Numbered from the stretch's first letter, positions 20,038 through 32,154 are shown. The stretch is DNA of 64,000 nt from an uncultured cyanobacterium (GCA_963719515.1 CAVRCJ010000003.1:480001-544000); one strand, 5' to 3'. A program made the numbers and translations. The notes: generated from the sequence alone by a model not told the origin.

Positions 20038-22100
20038 TCCTCTCGCCGCTGGCTGGCGCTGACCTGCGCTTCGAGCTGCTCCACTGAGCGAGCAGGCTCC
20101 TGGCAGCTTAGCCCCTGGCACACCAGTCCAATCGCGCCCTCTGGCAGCGGCGAGATCTGAGCGACCAAAGTGGGAGCATACCGAACCGCTAGCTTGACGA
20201 GTTCAGGTGTTGTCTTGAGCAGGATATGGGTTTGATACCAGTCTAGGGCCGCAAATAGACTCGGGCAGCTCTGGGGCGATCGCGCCATTACGCCAGCAAA
20301 GGCCTCCAAGGCCCGCTCGGCTCGATCTAGGTAGTCCAATTTTTCCTGCCGCAGGGCCAAGCGGACGAGACTGGCGATCGCCACGCCGTTGGCTGATGGC
20401 GTGGCGCTGTCAGTGTAGCTGCGCTCACGCACCAAGACATCGTCGCTCACATCTTCAGCGGTATTAAAATACCCCCCCGCCTCACTCCCAAGCTGCCGGT
20501 CAAATTCCTGCTGAACGCGATCGGCTAGGGCTACCCAGCTTGTGCTTTGGCCCTGCATGTCTTGGCCCAGCACTAGCGCCGCCTGGTCAAGATCCAGCAG
20601 CGCCTTGATAAATAGCGCGTAGTCTTCAGATTGGGCAGGGATAGTGGGAACCCCGCCGTAGTTGAGGCGGTAGAGACGTTCGTCCTGCCACTGGTGAGCC
20701 AAAATAAAGCGGGCAGCTCCGGTCGCCAGCGCGTAGAAATCGGGCCGGTCAAACACCGCTGCCGCTCGCGCCAGCCCCGAGATCATCAGGCTATTCCACG
20801 CCACAATCATCTTGGTATCGGTCACGGGGGGAATGCGCCCCGGCCCGAGATTCTCCTTAGCTTCTTCGGCAGTGGTGGCCGGGGGAAAGCTTGCGCCAGG
20901 CTCAACGCCGTAGCGCTGCCGAAATAGGGCATCAAAGGCGGGCTGCAGCGCCGGATCAAGCTCGCCGCCGTGCTGCCGCTGCAGCACGATGTTGCCCTCA
21001 AAATTACCACCTGCGGTGACGTCGAAAGCATTAGAGAGCTGCACTAGCTCATGGTCGGTGAGAAGTTCCGACAGCGCGCCGTAGTCCCACACATAAAACG
21101 CCCCCTCTTCCGGCTCAGAGTCTTCTGGGGTGACAAAACTGTCGGCATCCTGAGCGGCGTAGAAATAGCCCTCCGGCGCAGTCATCTCTCGCCGCAGCCA
21201 GGCCACGGCCCCATCAATTGCCCGCCGGTATGCGGGGTCGTGCTCACCAGCACTCCACAAGTTGGCCAAATACTCTACGATTTGTCCGTTGTCGTAGAGC
21301 ATCTTCTCGAAGTGGGGGACGGTCCAGGTGGGGTCGACGGTGTAGCGGTGAAATCCGCCTCCCACATGGTCACAGATCCCCCCCAGCGCCAGGTTGAGGC
21401 CGCGCTGCTGGGCCAACGCCATTGAGTCGTAGCGGCTTTCAGGCCCAAACTTGGCCCCTCGCAGTGCCGCGTCCGCATAGGGAATCATGGGAAACCGGGG
21501 GCCGGCTCCCGAGGCGGACAGGACGCCAGCGCTGTAGCCCAGACCTGCTTTTAGAAGCTCTGGCGTCAACGCGCCTGTGCCTGCCGTAGACGTCAGCTGG
21601 CTAAGCTGCTGCAGCTGCGTCAGCATCTGGCTCGTCATCGCCTCTAGCTCACCCGCTTCGCTGTCGTAAAACCGGCGAATGGCCTGCAGCACTTCCAAAA
21701 AGCCAGGTCGCCCGTAGCGCGGTTCTACGGGGAAGTAGGTGCCGCCATAAAAAGGCACGCGACCAGGCGTTAAAAATATGTTGAGCGGCCACCCCCCTTG
21801 CCCCGCCATCATCTGCAGCGCCTGCATATAGATGCTGTCTAGGTCAGGGCGCTCTTCCCGATCCACCTTGATGGGGACAAAGTTGGCGTTCATGTAGGCG
21901 GCGATCGCCTCATCTGAAAACGCCTCTCCCTCCATGACGGTGCACCAGTGGCAGCTAGAGTAGCCGATGGATAAGAAAATGGGCCGGTTTTCGTCTACGG
22001 ATAAAGCCAGCGCCTCGTCGCACCAAGGCCACCAGTCGATGGGGTTGTGAACGTGCTTGCGCAGATAGAGGCTTTGGGAGCGGGCAAGATGGTTGGGCAT
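20034..22100 (-). CDS. Thioredoxin-domain protein (YyaL/DUF255, SPATA20-like)
   Basis: NHLARSQSLYLRKH, GYSSCHWCTVME, GGGFHRYTVD..PHFEKMLYDN. Confidence 0.93.
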   Translation of the reverse strand: MPNHLARSQSLYLRKHVHNPIDWWPWCDEALALSVDENRPIFLSIGYSSCHWCTVMEGEAFSDEAIAAYMNANFVPIKVDREERPDLDSIYMQALQMMAGQGGWPLNIFLTPGRVPFYGGTYFPVEPRYGRPGFLEVLQAIRRFYDSEAGELEAMTSQMLTQLQQLSQLTSTAGTGALTPELLKAGLGYSAGVLSASGAGPRFPMIPYADAALRGAKFGPESRYDSMALAQQRGLNLALGGICDHVGGGFHRYTVDPTWTVPHFEKMLYDNGQIVEYLANLWSAGEHDPAYRRAIDGAVAWLRREMTAPEGYFYAAQDADSFVTPEDSEPEEGAFYVWDYGALSELLTDHELVQLSNAFDVTAGGNFEGNIVLQRQHGGELDPALQPAFDALFRQRYGVEPGASFPPATTAEEAKENLGPGRIPPVTDTKMIVAWNSLMISGLARAAAVFDRPDFYALATGAARFILAHQWQDERLYRLNYGGVPTIPAQSEDYALFIKALLDLDQAALVLGQDMQGQSTSWVALADRVQQEFDRQLGSEAGGYFNTAEDVSDDVLVRERSYTDSATPSANGVAIASLVRLALRQEKLDYLDRAERALEAFAGVMARSPQSCPSLFAALDWYQTHILLKTTPELVKLAVRYAPTLVAQISPLPEGAIGLVCQGLSCQEPARSVEQLEAQVSASQRRED

Positions 22101-22148
22101 AGGCCAAGGGATGGAGTTGCAGATCAGCCTGAGTCACTGCAACCAGCA

Positions 22149-22209
22149 TAGTGCGACCCGCCTCAAGAGATTAGTGCGACCCGCCTCAAGAGATGGTCTA
22201 TCTTGAGGC
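22149..22209. repeat. Perfect 23-bp tandem duplication overlapping an inverted repeat
   Basis: TAGTGCGACCCGCCTCAAGAGAT at 22149 and 22172; GCCTCAAGA..TCTTGAGGC inverted repeat. Confidence 0.85.
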
Positions 22210-22267
22210 CACTGTTGGGGAACATAGCGTAGCATAGCTACGGAATGATTCTTATTTGACTTCAACT

Positions 22268-22567
22268 ATGAGCATGTTTACCGGCCAAAACGGCCACACC
22301 ACCACGGGCAATCTCGGAATTGCCGTGATCGCAGGCGTTGGCGGCACCATCACCTTTCAGGGCTTTGAAACGGATGCCGAGGGAGATCTGCAGGCCTGTC
22401 TGACTATCAACGGTAACCTGTCAAAACGGACCATTGACCTGGGAACGCTGCCCGAGACCAGCGGCACTTTTAACGTTTCTTTCCCCGACGGCACTGACAT
22501 GAGCCTGTTCGATACGCTGGTGGTAAAAGCGGGAGACGATGCTGTGGGCAAGGCCCGTATCTCTTAA
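22268..22567 (+). CDS. Small DM13-like domain protein
   Basis: F.G..GH.T.G, F.T..GDL...L, IDLG.L...G, P.G.D...F.T.V pattern. Confidence 0.5.
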   Translation: MSMFTGQNGHTTTGNLGIAVIAGVGGTITFQGFETDAEGDLQACLTINGNLSKRTIDLGTLPETSGTFNVSFPDGTDMSLFDTLVVKAGDDAVGKARIS

Positions 22568-22578
22568 GTCATTGAGCC

Positions 22579-23772
22579 TCAGACCGTCCAGCCCATTGAC
22601 TTCAAGACGTCCCGCAGTCGCTCAGCCTCGCTAGGGTTATCGTGGCGCTGGTGGATCGCGATCGCCTGCCGAAAGGCTTTGAGGCTCTCCTCGATGTAGC
22701 CCAGCTTGAGCAGCGTCACCCCCAGATTTTGGTGCGCCTCTGCAAACTCAGGCTCTAGGGCGATCGCCCGCTGGTAGGCGGCGGCAGCCTGTGGAAGCCG
22801 CCCCATTTGCTTGAGGGTGAGCCCCAGGTTGTAATAGCCTTTGGTAAAGCTAGGATCGGCCTGAAGGAGTGCCTGGTACTGGGCGATCGCCCCCTCTAGG
22901 TCGCCCTGACTCTGCTTGAGAGAGCCCAAATTCAGCCAAGCGCCAATCTTCGTCAGCGGGTCCACCGCCTGAGCAATCGCCTGCTCGTAGGCCGACATTG
23001 CCTCAGCAACGCGCTGCTGCTGCCGGTAGCCGATGCCCAGGTGGTAGTAAATTTCGTAGGCCTCAGCAGGGCCAGGCTCAAGCCTGAGCCCCTGTCTCAG
23101 CAGCTTTAGGCCGCTCTCAACTTGCCCTATCTGCAGATACAGCCCTCCTAGCTTGGCGCGTACGTAGGCATCTTCGGGGTGAGCGTCTCGAAACGCCTCC
23201 ATAGCCCGCCTCGCCCGCTCTAGCTTATTGAGGCGGACGATCGCGTCGGCCCCGTAGCCGTCATGGGCAATGGCCACGCCGGGCAGCTGGCCGATTTGCC
23301 AGTGGGGCTCCCGCGCCACCAGATCGCTGACGCTGTCGTCGACCATGGCGTGATAGGGGCGACTAAAGTGGATGTCGCTGTGGCGGCGAAACAGCCGGGA
23401 CACCAGGGAGTAGGGAGACTGAGCTGCACCCAGTTCCTGACGTAATAGGTTGATTACCAGTCGGTCCTCGGGGGCGATCGCCGTCGGAATTTGGGCGATC
23501 GCCTTGGGGGTCAAATACTCGTCGGCATCTAGCACCAGCGCCCAGTCTTTCGTGGCGCGGCGCAGGGACTGATTACGGGCCTCAGCAAAGTCATTGTTCC
23601 AGGGCACATGGTAGAGGCTTGCCCCAAACCGTTGGGCAATGTCGGGGGTTTTGTCCGTTGACCCCGTGTCGACCACGACAATTTCGTCGACGATAGCTTG
23701 AGCGCTGCCCAGGCAGGTCGCCAGTCTATCGGCTTCATCTTTAACAATCATGCACAGACTAAGCGTTGCCAT
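22579..23772 (-). CDS. Family 2 glycosyltransferase with TPR repeats
   Basis: LSLCMIVKDE, VDTGSTD, DFAEARN, LVLDADE; C-terminal TPRs. Confidence 0.92.
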   Translation of the reverse strand: MATLSLCMIVKDEADRLATCLGSAQAIVDEIVVVDTGSTDKTPDIAQRFGASLYHVPWNNDFAEARNQSLRRATKDWALVLDADEYLTPKAIAQIPTAIAPEDRLVINLLRQELGAAQSPYSLVSRLFRRHSDIHFSRPYHAMVDDSVSDLVAREPHWQIGQLPGVAIAHDGYGADAIVRLNKLERARRAMEAFRDAHPEDAYVRAKLGGLYLQIGQVESGLKLLRQGLRLEPGPAEAYEIYYHLGIGYRQQQRVAEAMSAYEQAIAQAVDPLTKIGAWLNLGSLKQSQGDLEGAIAQYQALLQADPSFTKGYYNLGLTLKQMGRLPQAAAAYQRAIALEPEFAEAHQNLGVTLLKLGYIEESLKAFRQAIAIHQRHDNPSEAERLRDVLKSMGWTV

Positions 23773-23808
23773 AGGGTCAATGGGTGAGCTTTCTTTCACC
23801 AAAGGTCA

Positions 23809-23841
23809 AATGTAACGGATTGCAACAAGGAGATTTATAAT
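23809..23841 (+). promoter_or_regulatory. HLR1 (RpaB)-like site and -10 box upstream of crtP
   Basis: Minus strand GTTGCAAT-CC-GTTACATT (23809-23826); TATAAT at 23836-23841. Confidence 0.55.
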
Positions 23842-23873
23842 TTAGGCTATTAAAGCAATAGATGGATTTTTAA

Positions 23874-25304
<1,431 letters not shown>

Positions 25305-25455
25305 CAGTAAGCTAGATATGGGACTGTCCCCGCATGCATTACGGTGCGGTGCCTAAGCGATATGTCTTGGGTATCGCCGTGTGAGTGCGAGCCAGCTGTA
25401 AACCTGTTGGAGAAATTGGCTGCTTGCTGTAATGTCTGAATTTTCCCGCAACGCA

Positions 25456-26382
25456 ATGCTGCAACTGACTAAGCCTATCTCCATGACTACACTGGCTCCA
25501 CTGGAGGACGCTTACGAGTTCTGCCGGCAAGTGACGGCTAAATACTCAAAAACTTTCTACCTCGGCACGCTGCTCATGCCTGAGGCTAAGCGGCGGGCGA
25601 TATGGGCCATCTATGTCTGGTGTCGCCGCACTGATGAGCTTGTAGACGGGCCAGATGCGGAGTCTACCACTCCCGAAACCCTAGACCATTGGGAAGCCCA
25701 ACTCGAATCGATTTTTGCAGGTCAGCCCCTCGAAGATCCCGATGTGGCGCTGGTTGACGCGCTGCAGCGGTTTCCCATCGACATTCAGCCCTTTAGGGAC
25801 ATGATTGCGGGACAGCGCATGGATCTGTACCGCAGCCGGTACGAGACTTTTGAGGAGCTGAATCTGTATTGCTATCGGGTGGCGGGTACCGTTGGGTTGA
25901 TGTCGAATAGCGTCATGGGGGCGGATACCAGTCGAACGACAACGCCCTGGTATCGGGAAACCACCAGTAACCCTGAAGAAGAGGCGATCGCCCTCGGCAT
26001 TGCCAATCAGCTCACGAATATTCTGCGGGACGTAGGGGAAGACGCTCGCCGAGGCCGCATCTATTTGCCCCTAGAGGACCTATCGCTGTTCGACTATACC
26101 GAGGCTGACCTCATCAACGGCGTCATCGACGGCCGCTGGCGGGAGCTGATGCGGTTCCAGATTCAGCGGGCGCGCAAGTTTTACGCTGAGGCAGAAAGCG
26201 GCATCTGTCGCTTGAGCCCAGACGCTCGCTGGCCGGTGTGGACGGCGCTAATGCTATATCGGCAGATTTTAGATGAAATTGAGCGCAACCAGTATGATGT
26301 GTTTACCCGGCGAGCCTATGTGCCGAGCCTGCGAAAGTTAGGCACGGTGACTCTAGCCCGCATGCGGGCAGAAGTGCTTTAA
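25456..26382 (+). CDS. crtB: Phytoene synthase
   Basis: YSKTFYLGT, CRRTDELVD, YCYRVAGTVG, NQLTNILRDVGED. Confidence 0.97.
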   Translation: MLQLTKPISMTTLAPLEDAYEFCRQVTAKYSKTFYLGTLLMPEAKRRAIWAIYVWCRRTDELVDGPDAESTTPETLDHWEAQLESIFAGQPLEDPDVALVDALQRFPIDIQPFRDMIAGQRMDLYRSRYETFEELNLYCYRVAGTVGLMSNSVMGADTSRTTTPWYRETTSNPEEEAIALGIANQLTNILRDVGEDARRGRIYLPLEDLSLFDYTEADLINGVIDGRWRELMRFQIQRARKFYAEAESGICRLSPDARWPVWTALMLYRQILDEIERNQYDVFTRRAYVPSLRKLGTVTLARMRAEVL

Positions 26383-26445
26383 CGCAGAGGCAGTTAGGGG
26401 GCAATCCTTGTCGGCTTACACCATCAGTCAGTAGGGAGTTCAAGT

Positions 26446-27231
26446 TTGGTGAGCACTGCTCAGCAGCTTATTCAGTACAAGCAGGACGGAACGCCCATTG
26501 TGGTGTTGACGGCCTCCGACTATCCCACAGCGCAGCTGCTAGATCAAGCGGGGGTCGACGTTATCTTGGTGGGGGACAGCCTGGGCATGGTGACCCTGGG
26601 CTACGACACTACGCTACCCCTAACCCTCGAAGAGATGCTGCACCACGCCAAGGCCGTACGCCGGGGCGTCAAGCAGGCTCTGCTGGTGTTTGACCTCCCG
26701 TTTTTGAGCTACCAGGCTAGTTTAGAGCAGGCTACCCTAGCGGCAGGGCGGGCGCTCAAAGAGGCAGGCGCTCAAGCCGTGAAGCTAGAGGGGGGCTACC
26801 CTCGACTGGTGGAGACGGCCGCCCATTTGGTGCAGGTGGGCATTCCGGTGATGGGGCATCTGGGTCTTACGCCCCAGTCTGTCCATCAGCTAGGAGGATT
26901 CCGCAAGCAGGGAAAATCCCCCGAGGCCCAAGACGCGCTGATTTCGCAGGCAATTGCCCTTCAGGGGGCAGGCGCATTTTCCATCATCTTGGAGCATATC
27001 CCAGCAGAACTCGCCCAGCGGGTCACCCAAACTCTGGAGATCCCCACCATCGGCATTGGCGCTGGGCCCTACTGCGATGGGCAGGTGCTGGTCACCTCCG
27101 ACGTGCTTGGTCTCTCAGAGTGGCAGCCTCCCTTCGCCAAGTCCTACGCTGACCTACGGAGCGTTATTGCTGAGGCAGCGAAGGCCTTCTCGAATGACGT
27201 GCGGCAGCGTCAGTTTCCCCCCTTGCCTTAG
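26446..27231 (+). CDS. panB: 3-methyl-2-oxobutanoate hydroxymethyltransferase
   Basis: [40 protein letters not shown]. Confidence 0.96.
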   Translation: MVSTAQQLIQYKQDGTPIVVLTASDYPTAQLLDQAGVDVILVGDSLGMVTLGYDTTLPLTLEEMLHHAKAVRRGVKQALLVFDLPFLSYQASLEQATLAAGRALKEAGAQAVKLEGGYPRLVETAAHLVQVGIPVMGHLGLTPQSVHQLGGFRKQGKSPEAQDALISQAIALQGAGAFSIILEHIPAELAQRVTQTLEIPTIGIGAGPYCDGQVLVTSDVLGLSEWQPPFAKSYADLRSVIAEAAKAFSNDVRQRQFPPLP

Positions 27232-27236
27232 CTGCC

Positions 27237-27878
27237 GTGACCCAGCTCGATCATCCTATTACCCTTGAAAGCTTCGCCATCATCGATCGGGAACTGGAGC
27301 CGCATTCCTTCACGGCTTCGGAATACGCGGTGGTCCGTCGGGTGATCCACGCGACGGCGGACTTTGAGTTTGCTAAACTCATGCGCTTTAGCCCAACGGC
27401 GATCGCCAGCGCTATGAGAGCCCTTCAGGCGAAAGAGCCCATCGTTGTGGACGTCAATATGGTGCATCAGGGCATCCGGCGGCGGGTGCAGCAGACGTTC
27501 CAAAACCCGATTTGGGTGGCGGTCAATGAAGCTGAGCGAGCCGCCCCCGGACTGACTCGCACCGAGACAGGGCTGCTGGAATGCTGGCAACGCTGCCCCC
27601 AAGGCATCTACGTCATTGGCAATGCCCCTACGGCGCTGCTGGCCCTGTGCCGCCTGCTTGAGCAGCGTCCTGCAGCGTCCCCCGCTGTAGTCATCGGCGC
27701 GCCGGTCGGCTTCGTTGCGGTGGAAGAGGCGAAGGCCGCCCTTTCCGAGCGCGATATTCCCCAGATTTTGATCGCAGGGCGGAAGGGAGGCTCTGCCGCC
27801 GCTGCCGCCATCGTGAATGCGCTTTTGGGGTTGGCCTGGGCCGAAGAGCGCGATCGCCCCCTGTCCTATGAGCGCTAA
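27237..27878 (+). CDS. cobH: Precorrin-8X methylmutase
   Basis: ESFAIIDRE, RRVIHATADF, IGNAPTAL, PVGFV, GRKGGS. Confidence 0.95.
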   Translation: MTQLDHPITLESFAIIDRELEPHSFTASEYAVVRRVIHATADFEFAKLMRFSPTAIASAMRALQAKEPIVVDVNMVHQGIRRRVQQTFQNPIWVAVNEAERAAPGLTRTETGLLECWQRCPQGIYVIGNAPTALLALCRLLEQRPAASPAVVIGAPVGFVAVEEAKAALSERDIPQILIAGRKGGSAAAAAIVNALLGLAWAEERDRPLSYER

Positions 27879-29160
27879 TTCATCCAATTTTTCCCTAATT
27901 CACGTCGTGGGCATTGGCCTAGACGGCGCGCCAGGGCTGTCTGAAACCAGCCGTCAGTACGTTGCAGCGGCTACGGTGCTGGTGGGCAGCGATCGCCAGC
28001 TGAGCTACTTTTCCGAGCACCCTGGGGAGCGCTGGTCCTTAGATACCCTGCTGCTGCGGCTTCAGCCCGTAGCGGATGCACCGGACCCTACGCAAGCGTC
28101 AGCCAAAATTGTTGTTCTCGCCTCCGGCGATCCCCTATTCTTTGGCGTTGGCCGGCTCCTGCTCCAGCACGTTTCTCCCCAACGTCTCGTATTTCATCCC
28201 CATCTAAGCGCCGTGCAGCTCGCTTTTAGCCGCGTCAAGCTGCCCTGGCAGGACGCTGAGGTCATCAGCGTCCACGGGCGATCGCCAGATGCCTTGATCA
28301 CTGCCCTGCGACGAGGGGCCTCCAAGCTAGCGGTACTCACCGACGGCGTCACTACACCTGCCGCCATCGGTCAGCTGCTTTTGAGTCTAGGTTTGGGCGA
28401 TCGCTACAGGGCCTGGGTTTGTGAGGCTCTTGGCAGCCCCGAAGAGCGACTGCTCTGCTGCTGTGCTAGCGAGCTGGCCCAAACAGACCACACACTGCTC
28501 AACGTCGTTATCCTTCAGCGCCAGACCCAGCCGTCTGCCTTAAACCCACCCAAGATTGGCATTCCCGACGAGCAGTTTGCCAGCTTCCCCGATCGTCCGG
28601 GCCTGATTACCAAAAAACCGGTGCGGCTTGTTGCTCTGGGCCAGCTCGAACTCCAGAATCATCAGGTGGTGTGGGACGTTGGCGCTGGCACCGGATCGGT
28701 GTCCGTCGAAATTGGGCGATTGTGTCCCCAGTCAAAAATATACGCCATCGAGAAAAGCGCCGCGGGTGCGTCGCTAATTCGCGAAAATCTGGCGCGTTTT
28801 AACGTCAAAAATGGCGTTCTCGTTCGAGGTCGAGCCCCAGACTGTCTTGTAGACCTTCCTGCCCCTCACCGCATTTTTGTGGGAGGAAGCGACGGCAACC
28901 TCGCTGAGATTCTTGAGCTTGCCCAGTCCAAACTGCTCGCAAACGGGGGGCTTGTTGCGGCCTTAGCCACCCTTGAAAGTCTCGCGATCGCAACGCAGTG
29001 GTTGGGCGATCGCGCGCCAGAAATTGTGGCTCAGTGGCATCACCAATTTTTACAGGTGCAGCTCACCTACTCGGTTCCAGTCGGCCCACTAACTCGATTT
29101 TCTCCCACAAATCCCGTCGCCCTACTGACCCTGCGTCGCCAGAACTGGGCCCCAAACTAA
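27868..29160 (+). CDS. cobL: Precorrin-6Y C5,15-methyltransferase (decarboxylating), CbiE-CbiT fusion
   Basis: VVGIG, VLASGDPLFFG, ISVHGR, ITK..R, WDVGAGTGSVS. Confidence 0.92.
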   Translation: MSANSSNFSLIHVVGIGLDGAPGLSETSRQYVAAATVLVGSDRQLSYFSEHPGERWSLDTLLLRLQPVADAPDPTQASAKIVVLASGDPLFFGVGRLLLQHVSPQRLVFHPHLSAVQLAFSRVKLPWQDAEVISVHGRSPDALITALRRGASKLAVLTDGVTTPAAIGQLLLSLGLGDRYRAWVCEALGSPEERLLCCCASELAQTDHTLLNVVILQRQTQPSALNPPKIGIPDEQFASFPDRPGLITKKPVRLVALGQLELQNHQVVWDVGAGTGSVSVEIGRLCPQSKIYAIEKSAAGASLIRENLARFNVKNGVLVRGRAPDCLVDLPAPHRIFVGGSDGNLAEILELAQSKLLANGGLVAALATLESLAIATQWLGDRAPEIVAQWHHQFLQVQLTYSVPVGPLTRFSPTNPVALLTLRRQNWAPN

Positions 29161-29939
29161 TGGAAGGTGAGCCATAGCGTTCCCGCAGTTCCCAGCAAAA
29201 AGAAGAGCGACCCCACGCCCGTTAGAGGCAGCCCTTCCTGACCCGTAATCCAGAGAGAAACTTGCCCTGTTGGGGAGAGCGCTCCCCAGATTTCAGACAG
29301 CGCCATCCCAAAAATCCAGCCTGAATGCAGCCCCCAAGGGAGCCCCACTGAAAAGCCGTCTACGGTGTAGGCTAACGCCAGCACCATTCCCATAAGCCAA
29401 AGGCCGGGAAGCTGCAGTCGAGTATTGCGCCAATCCCAGATTAGGTGGAGAAACGCAAATGCTAAACTACTGATAATCGCAGAGAGCCAAAGCGAAAAAC
29501 TGCTCGAAAGCTGATCGATCAAAAAAACTCGAAAAATTACCTCTTCAATCAACCCCACCCCTATAGCCAAAGCGCCACTCAAGCAGACGGCCTTAGCAAT
29601 TGTTCTAGCCGTGGTGGTGGCTGGCTTTAGCTGCAGCCAAGACAGCTTCACCTGAACCAAAAACAAAATGGCCAGACCGAAGAGCCCAAGCACAAAACCT
29701 AGCCCTGCCGACATCAAAACAGAGGATTGAGCTAGTTCACCGAATATGGTACGAGCGGCGATCGCTTCGACCGTGAAAAGCGCCAGTGGAGCCGTTGCGT
29801 ATAGCGTCAGCAGCAGCGGCAGCTTCTGACGAAGAGTAGCCGATTGAAACGGTCGCCAGCGCAGTCCAATCGCTAGGGGCAGCGCAATGGGCAGCCAATA
29901 AGCTCCCCAAACCACTAAAAACAGGCCTACATGACGCAT
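29157..29939 (-). CDS. CPBP (CAAX/Abi) intramembrane metalloprotease
   Basis: EEVIFR, F...H, LPWGLH. Confidence 0.88.
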   Translation of the reverse strand: MRHVGLFLVVWGAYWLPIALPLAIGLRWRPFQSATLRQKLPLLLTLYATAPLALFTVEAIAARTIFGELAQSSVLMSAGLGFVLGLFGLAILFLVQVKLSWLQLKPATTTARTIAKAVCLSGALAIGVGLIEEVIFRVFLIDQLSSSFSLWLSAIISSLAFAFLHLIWDWRNTRLQLPGLWLMGMVLALAYTVDGFSVGLPWGLHSGWIFGMALSEIWGALSPTGQVSLWITGQEGLPLTGVGSLFFLLGTAGTLWLTFH

Positions 29940-29966
29940 AGGTTACCGCAGCTCGCAGACGGCCCG

Positions 29967-30374
29967 CTACTCGGCTGCCGGACCTGAGCCATTGGTATCC
30001 ACTTCTGACGAATCTAGCTTGATGAGCTGAATATGCTTGTATCCCAGCTTAATTTCAAACTCATCTCCAGGCTCTAGCCCCATTTTTTCGGTATAGGTTG
30101 AGCCAATCACAATTTGACCATTCTTGTGAACGCTAACGCGATAGGTCGGTTCACGTCCACGGCCATCTTTGGCGGCGTCAATACCAACGGGGACGCCGCT
30201 GGCGGTCAAGATCGCTTCGGTAAAGTCAGACAGGTTGACCCGAACCTGCTCGTCTTTCCCAACAGTGTAATAGCCACACAGCCTTGCCTTTTCACGGCGC
30301 GACAGATGGGAAAGGTCTTTAACTTTCTGTAGCAGTGCTTTACCTGTCAGGGGAGTTGTTGCGGCCTCAGTCAT
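29967..30374 (-). CDS. Cyanobacterial AbrB-like transcriptional regulator (cyAbrB)
   Basis: LTGKALLQKVK, CGYY, GRGREPTYRVSVHKNGQIVIGSTYT, FEIKLGYKHI. Confidence 0.95.
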   Translation of the reverse strand: MTEAATTPLTGKALLQKVKDLSHLSRREKARLCGYYTVGKDEQVRVNLSDFTEAILTASGVPVGIDAAKDGRGREPTYRVSVHKNGQIVIGSTYTEKMGLEPGDEFEIKLGYKHIQLIKLDSSEVDTNGSGPAAE

Positions 30375-30753
30375 CACAGTCAAAATGCCCTCACTGTAGT
30401 TTTAAAGGATAGCAGAGAGATAAACGGAGCTTCTGTATTAAGCCTAAACGCAATGAGCCTAAACGTATAAGAATAGATTTTAGCAATAAAAGAAACGCTT
30501 TAGCTAACTCTAGAATAATTGAGTTTGACGCATATGAAGCTTCTAACTATATTTAGTTCGTCGCTTTCTGATAATCTGACGAAATTATTTAACTGAACTT
30601 GATTTTATGTTGGGTGAGAGCCCCTTTGCACCCGCCTCGATTTCCTTTACTCTCTCAAGCTAGGCTGAACGGGGTTCTAAAAGCGGCTGTTTGCTCAGCA
30701 AAAGTACCTTGGTTATGCTGTAGGAGAGGGCTCGCACATCGGCGAGATTAATT

Positions 30754-31875
30754 ATGCACGTTGTCTTCAATATTGTTCGCAAGACTAATCAGGCTCCTTA
30801 TCTGGCGCGCTATACCCTAGAGGTTGAAGCTAGCACCACAATTTTGGACTGCTTAAATCGAATTAAATGGGAGCAGGACGGCAGTCTGGCGTTTCGGAAA
30901 AATTGTCGAAATACGATCTGCGGCAGCTGCGGTATGAAGATCAACGGTCGCTCTGCTTTGGCCTGCAAAGAGAGCGTCGGGGGTGAGCTGTCTCGGCTCG
31001 CTAGCGGAATTAGCGGCGGTAGCGACTCTACCGCCGATCTGTCGACAGCTACACCAACAATTACGATTGCGCCGATGGGCAATATGTCCGTCATTAAAGA
31101 CCTGGTCGTTGATATGAAAAGCTTTTGGGACAACCTCGAAGCGGTCGACCCCTACGTTAGTGCCCAAGCTCGTCAGCCAGCATCCCAGCAGCCAGTAGCC
31201 CAGCATCCAGCATCCCAGCAGCCAGTAAGCAGCCCATCCTTAAACTCCCGCCCAAGCGAGTCCCTCCAGTCGCCAGAGGAGCGCGATCGCCTCAACCAGG
31301 CCGGTAACTGTATTTTATGCGGAGCCTGTTATTCAGAGTGCAACGCCAGGGAGGCCAACCCAGAGTTTGTCGGTCCCCACGCCCTCGCCAAGGCGCAGCG
31401 GCTGCTGGCCGACCCCCGAGACGAGCGCACCACTGAGCGTCTCGGAGCCTACAGCGGCGGCAAGGACGGCAGCAGCACCAACGGCGTCTGGGGCTGTACC
31501 CGCTGCTATTACTGCAACACGGTTTGCCCCATGGACGTCGCGCCTATGGATCGAATTGGTGAAATTAAGCAGGCCGTCCTGTCGCGGGAAACGGCTGAAA
31601 CGAGTCGTCCCGTTCGGCATCGTAAGGCGATGATTGATCTCGTCAAGCGCGGCGGCTGGGTGGACGAGCGCCAGTTTGGCCTCATAGTCGTCGGCAACTA
31701 CATGAGAGACCTACAGGGTCTGGCAAGTCTGGGACCGCTGGGGCTAAGGATGCTGCTGCGCGGAAAGCTGCCGTGGCGGTTTGAGCCCTCCGAAGGAGCA
31801 CAGCAGGTGCGATCGCTGATTGAATCGGTTCAGCGCTGTAGCGCCGCAGCCCCCATCGATAGGCTTCAAGACTGA
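30754..31875 (+). CDS. sdhB: Succinate dehydrogenase iron-sulfur subunit
   Basis: RKNCRNTICGSC, CILCGACYSEC, GCTRCYYCNTVCP. Confidence 0.93.
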   Translation: MHVVFNIVRKTNQAPYLARYTLEVEASTTILDCLNRIKWEQDGSLAFRKNCRNTICGSCGMKINGRSALACKESVGGELSRLASGISGGSDSTADLSTATPTITIAPMGNMSVIKDLVVDMKSFWDNLEAVDPYVSAQARQPASQQPVAQHPASQQPVSSPSLNSRPSESLQSPEERDRLNQAGNCILCGACYSECNAREANPEFVGPHALAKAQRLLADPRDERTTERLGAYSGGKDGSSTNGVWGCTRCYYCNTVCPMDVAPMDRIGEIKQAVLSRETAETSRPVRHRKAMIDLVKRGGWVDERQFGLIVVGNYMRDLQGLASLGPLGLRMLLRGKLPWRFEPSEGAQQVRSLIESVQRCSAAAPIDRLQD

Positions 31876-32154
31876 CGCAGCGTCGATTGACCAGAATTTA
31901 GATTTGGGCTACAAGCTCAGGGGTATTGAGTCTGATGTGCTCCTCGTAGAGGACGCGAGCTTCGTCAACGTTAGCGACGGGATACTGGGCCTTTGCGCCG
32001 TCTTGACCTAAGGGGATAATCAAGCATAGTCGCATGCGGCGATCGCCAGAGCGGATAGGTTTGCGTTGAATCAGCATGGTGAGTAACTGAAGGTAGACAG
32101 CAAAGAGACTCTGCCAACGCTCTACGACGCCCTTGCTGGGCCTTCAGGAAAAAA

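Noticed and set aside
22149..22194. 23-bp direct repeats as a mini CRISPR array
   Set aside because: Two abutting copies, no spacer, no cas genes
27228..27887. Long antisense ORFs (also 7165-7791, 16288-16878, 41861-42475)
   Set aside because: Shadows of well-supported genes on the opposite strand in GC-rich DNA; no motifs
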